A DNA stretch of 30,007 bases from a virus. Its lineage: Duplodnaviria; Heunggongvirae; Uroviricota; Caudoviricetes. The stretch's first letter is position 1. The number at the start of each line of letters is the position of its first letter. The notes under the pieces were generated by a model. That model did no database searches and was not told the origin of the DNA. It saw only the letters and a list, made by a program, of their open reading frames with translations. The position numbers and the translations under genes were made by a program. The stretch lies in the IMG/VR virus record IMGVR_UViG_2667527770_000007; one strand, written 5' to 3'. Positions 29,317-30,007 of this stretch are shown here, piece after piece.

Positions 29317-29331
29317 GTTGTGGTGAATGCG
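29317..29331 (+). repeat. 15-nt motif GTTGTGGTGAATGCG, copy 2, at the start of a structured non-coding region
   Basis: Exact repeat of 28662-28676. Confidence 0.5.
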
Positions 29332-29463
29332 GCTCAGCGCACGCGGGTTAAGGTTGAGGCTGACAGTCGACCTTCTGTGGATACCCACCCGTCTGGTGTG
29401 CAACCTTCGCCAGGCACCGGGAGGCACCCGGCACCACAACTTTATGCTGTGTGTAGTCCCGGC

Positions 29464-29596
29464 GGTACCAGTTTGTACCCTTGCTTCCGGCTGGTACCGT
29501 CCTTTTTACAAAACAGAGAAGAGCATCACCGGACGACGGGCTCATAACCCAATCCATCCGGGCGGCTGCCACCGCAGGTGTTCTTCTCTGTTTTGT
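29464..29596 (+). ncRNA. Candidate structured RNA element: 8-bp stem (GGTACCAG, 29464-29471 / 29491-29498) followed by a 15-bp perfect inverted repeat (ACAAAACAGAGAAGA 29508-29522 / TCTTCTCTGTTTTGT 29582-29596) enclosing a 59-nt GC-rich insert
   Basis: Inverted repeats seen in sequence. The region has no convincing coding frame (the ORF-track frame 29327-30007 has an Arg/Cys/Trp-rich, non-protein-like N-terminal 100 aa). Function unknown. Confidence 0.35.
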
Positions 29597-29644
29597 GGAG
29601 AAACTAATCGGCCTTGCAGGGTCGATATGATGAGGAGCAGCAAA

Positions 29645-30007
29645 ATGGCTAGCGAACGCAGTACTGATGTGCAGGCATTTATCGGGGAGCTGGACGGCGG
29701 CGTATTTGAAACCAAAATCGGCGCAGTTCTCAGTGAAGTCGCTTCCGGTGTGATGAACACGAAAACCAAAGGTAAGGTCTCACTCAACCTGGAAATCGAA
29801 CCATTTGATGAGAACCGTGTGAAAATCAAACACAAACTCTCATATGTTCGCCCGACTAACCGCGGGAAAATTTCCGAAGAAGACACCACCGAAACGCCGA
29901 TGTATGTCAATCGCGGTGGTCGCCTGACTATTCTGCAGGAAGACCAGGGACAGTTACTGACTCTTGCCGGTGAACCTGACGGAAAACTCCGCGCAGCAGG
30001 TCGTTAA
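29645..30007 (+). CDS. Hypothetical early protein (120 aa), function unknown
   Basis: ATG at 29645 preceded by GAGGAG with 6-nt spacing; stop TAA at 30005-30007. The ORF-track N-terminal extension to 29327 is rejected. No family recognised. Confidence 0.55.
   Translation: MASERSTDVQAFIGELDGGVFETKIGAVLSEVASGVMNTKTKGKVSLNLEIEPFDENRVKIKHKLSYVRPTNRGKISEEDTTETPMYVNRGGRLTILQEDQGQLLTLAGEPDGKLRAAGR

Noticed and set aside
29327-29644. N-terminal 106 codons of the 226-aa ORF-track frame 29327-30007
   Set aside because: Translation is Arg/Cys/Trp-rich and overlies a highly structured GC-rich region; a strong RBS precedes the internal ATG at 29645, which is taken as the real start.

Overview
Enterobacterial (E. 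coli/Shigella-type) chromosome segment made almost entirely of horizontally acquired DNA. Left to right: (1) the distal part of an O-antigen glucosylation (gtr) serotype-conversion operon, gtrB plus an AT-rich type-specific gtrC; (2) an IS5-family insertion sequence (about 1.2 kb, InsH-like transposase) with no recognisable target-site duplication; (3) a 46-nt 3' fragment of tRNA-Thr(CGU) (thrW-type att relic); (4) more than 26 kb of a lambdoid prophage, with its late genes on the minus strand. Reading right to left the prophage has: immunity region (CI repressor on +, Cro-like on -, OR and OL/PL operators), a CII-position gene, an O-like replication initiator carrying internal iterons, PerC-like regulator, Dam methyltransferase, LexA-like wHTH protein, RusA, KilA-N/Ant-like, DUF968-like, Q antiterminator with a PR'/tR' module, lysis cassette (holins, GH19-type endolysin, overlapped Rz/Rz1 spanins), HNH endonuclease, TerS/TerL, HK97-like portal/protease/major capsid, head-tail joining genes, and a Mu-like baseplate and tail-fibre module. 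The expected Mu-like sheath, tube and tape-measure genes are absent between the gp38-like and N-like genes, so the prophage is probably tail-defective. From memory the mosaic (HK97-like head, Mu-like tail, gtr cassette, thrW-type att) resembles SfV/SfII-type serotype-converting phages and the E. coli K-12 CPS-53/KpLE1 remnant (yfdH/yfdI/tfaS neighbourhood); this was not checked by search. No integrase, CRISPR array or rRNA lies in the window. The best candidate for something undescribed is the PL-proximal accessory locus right of cI (28.6-29.7 kb): a duplicated 15-mer, a convergent overlapping small-ORF pair and a strongly structured ~300-bp non-coding region. All functional calls are from reading the ORF translations and DNA by eye; no database search was run.
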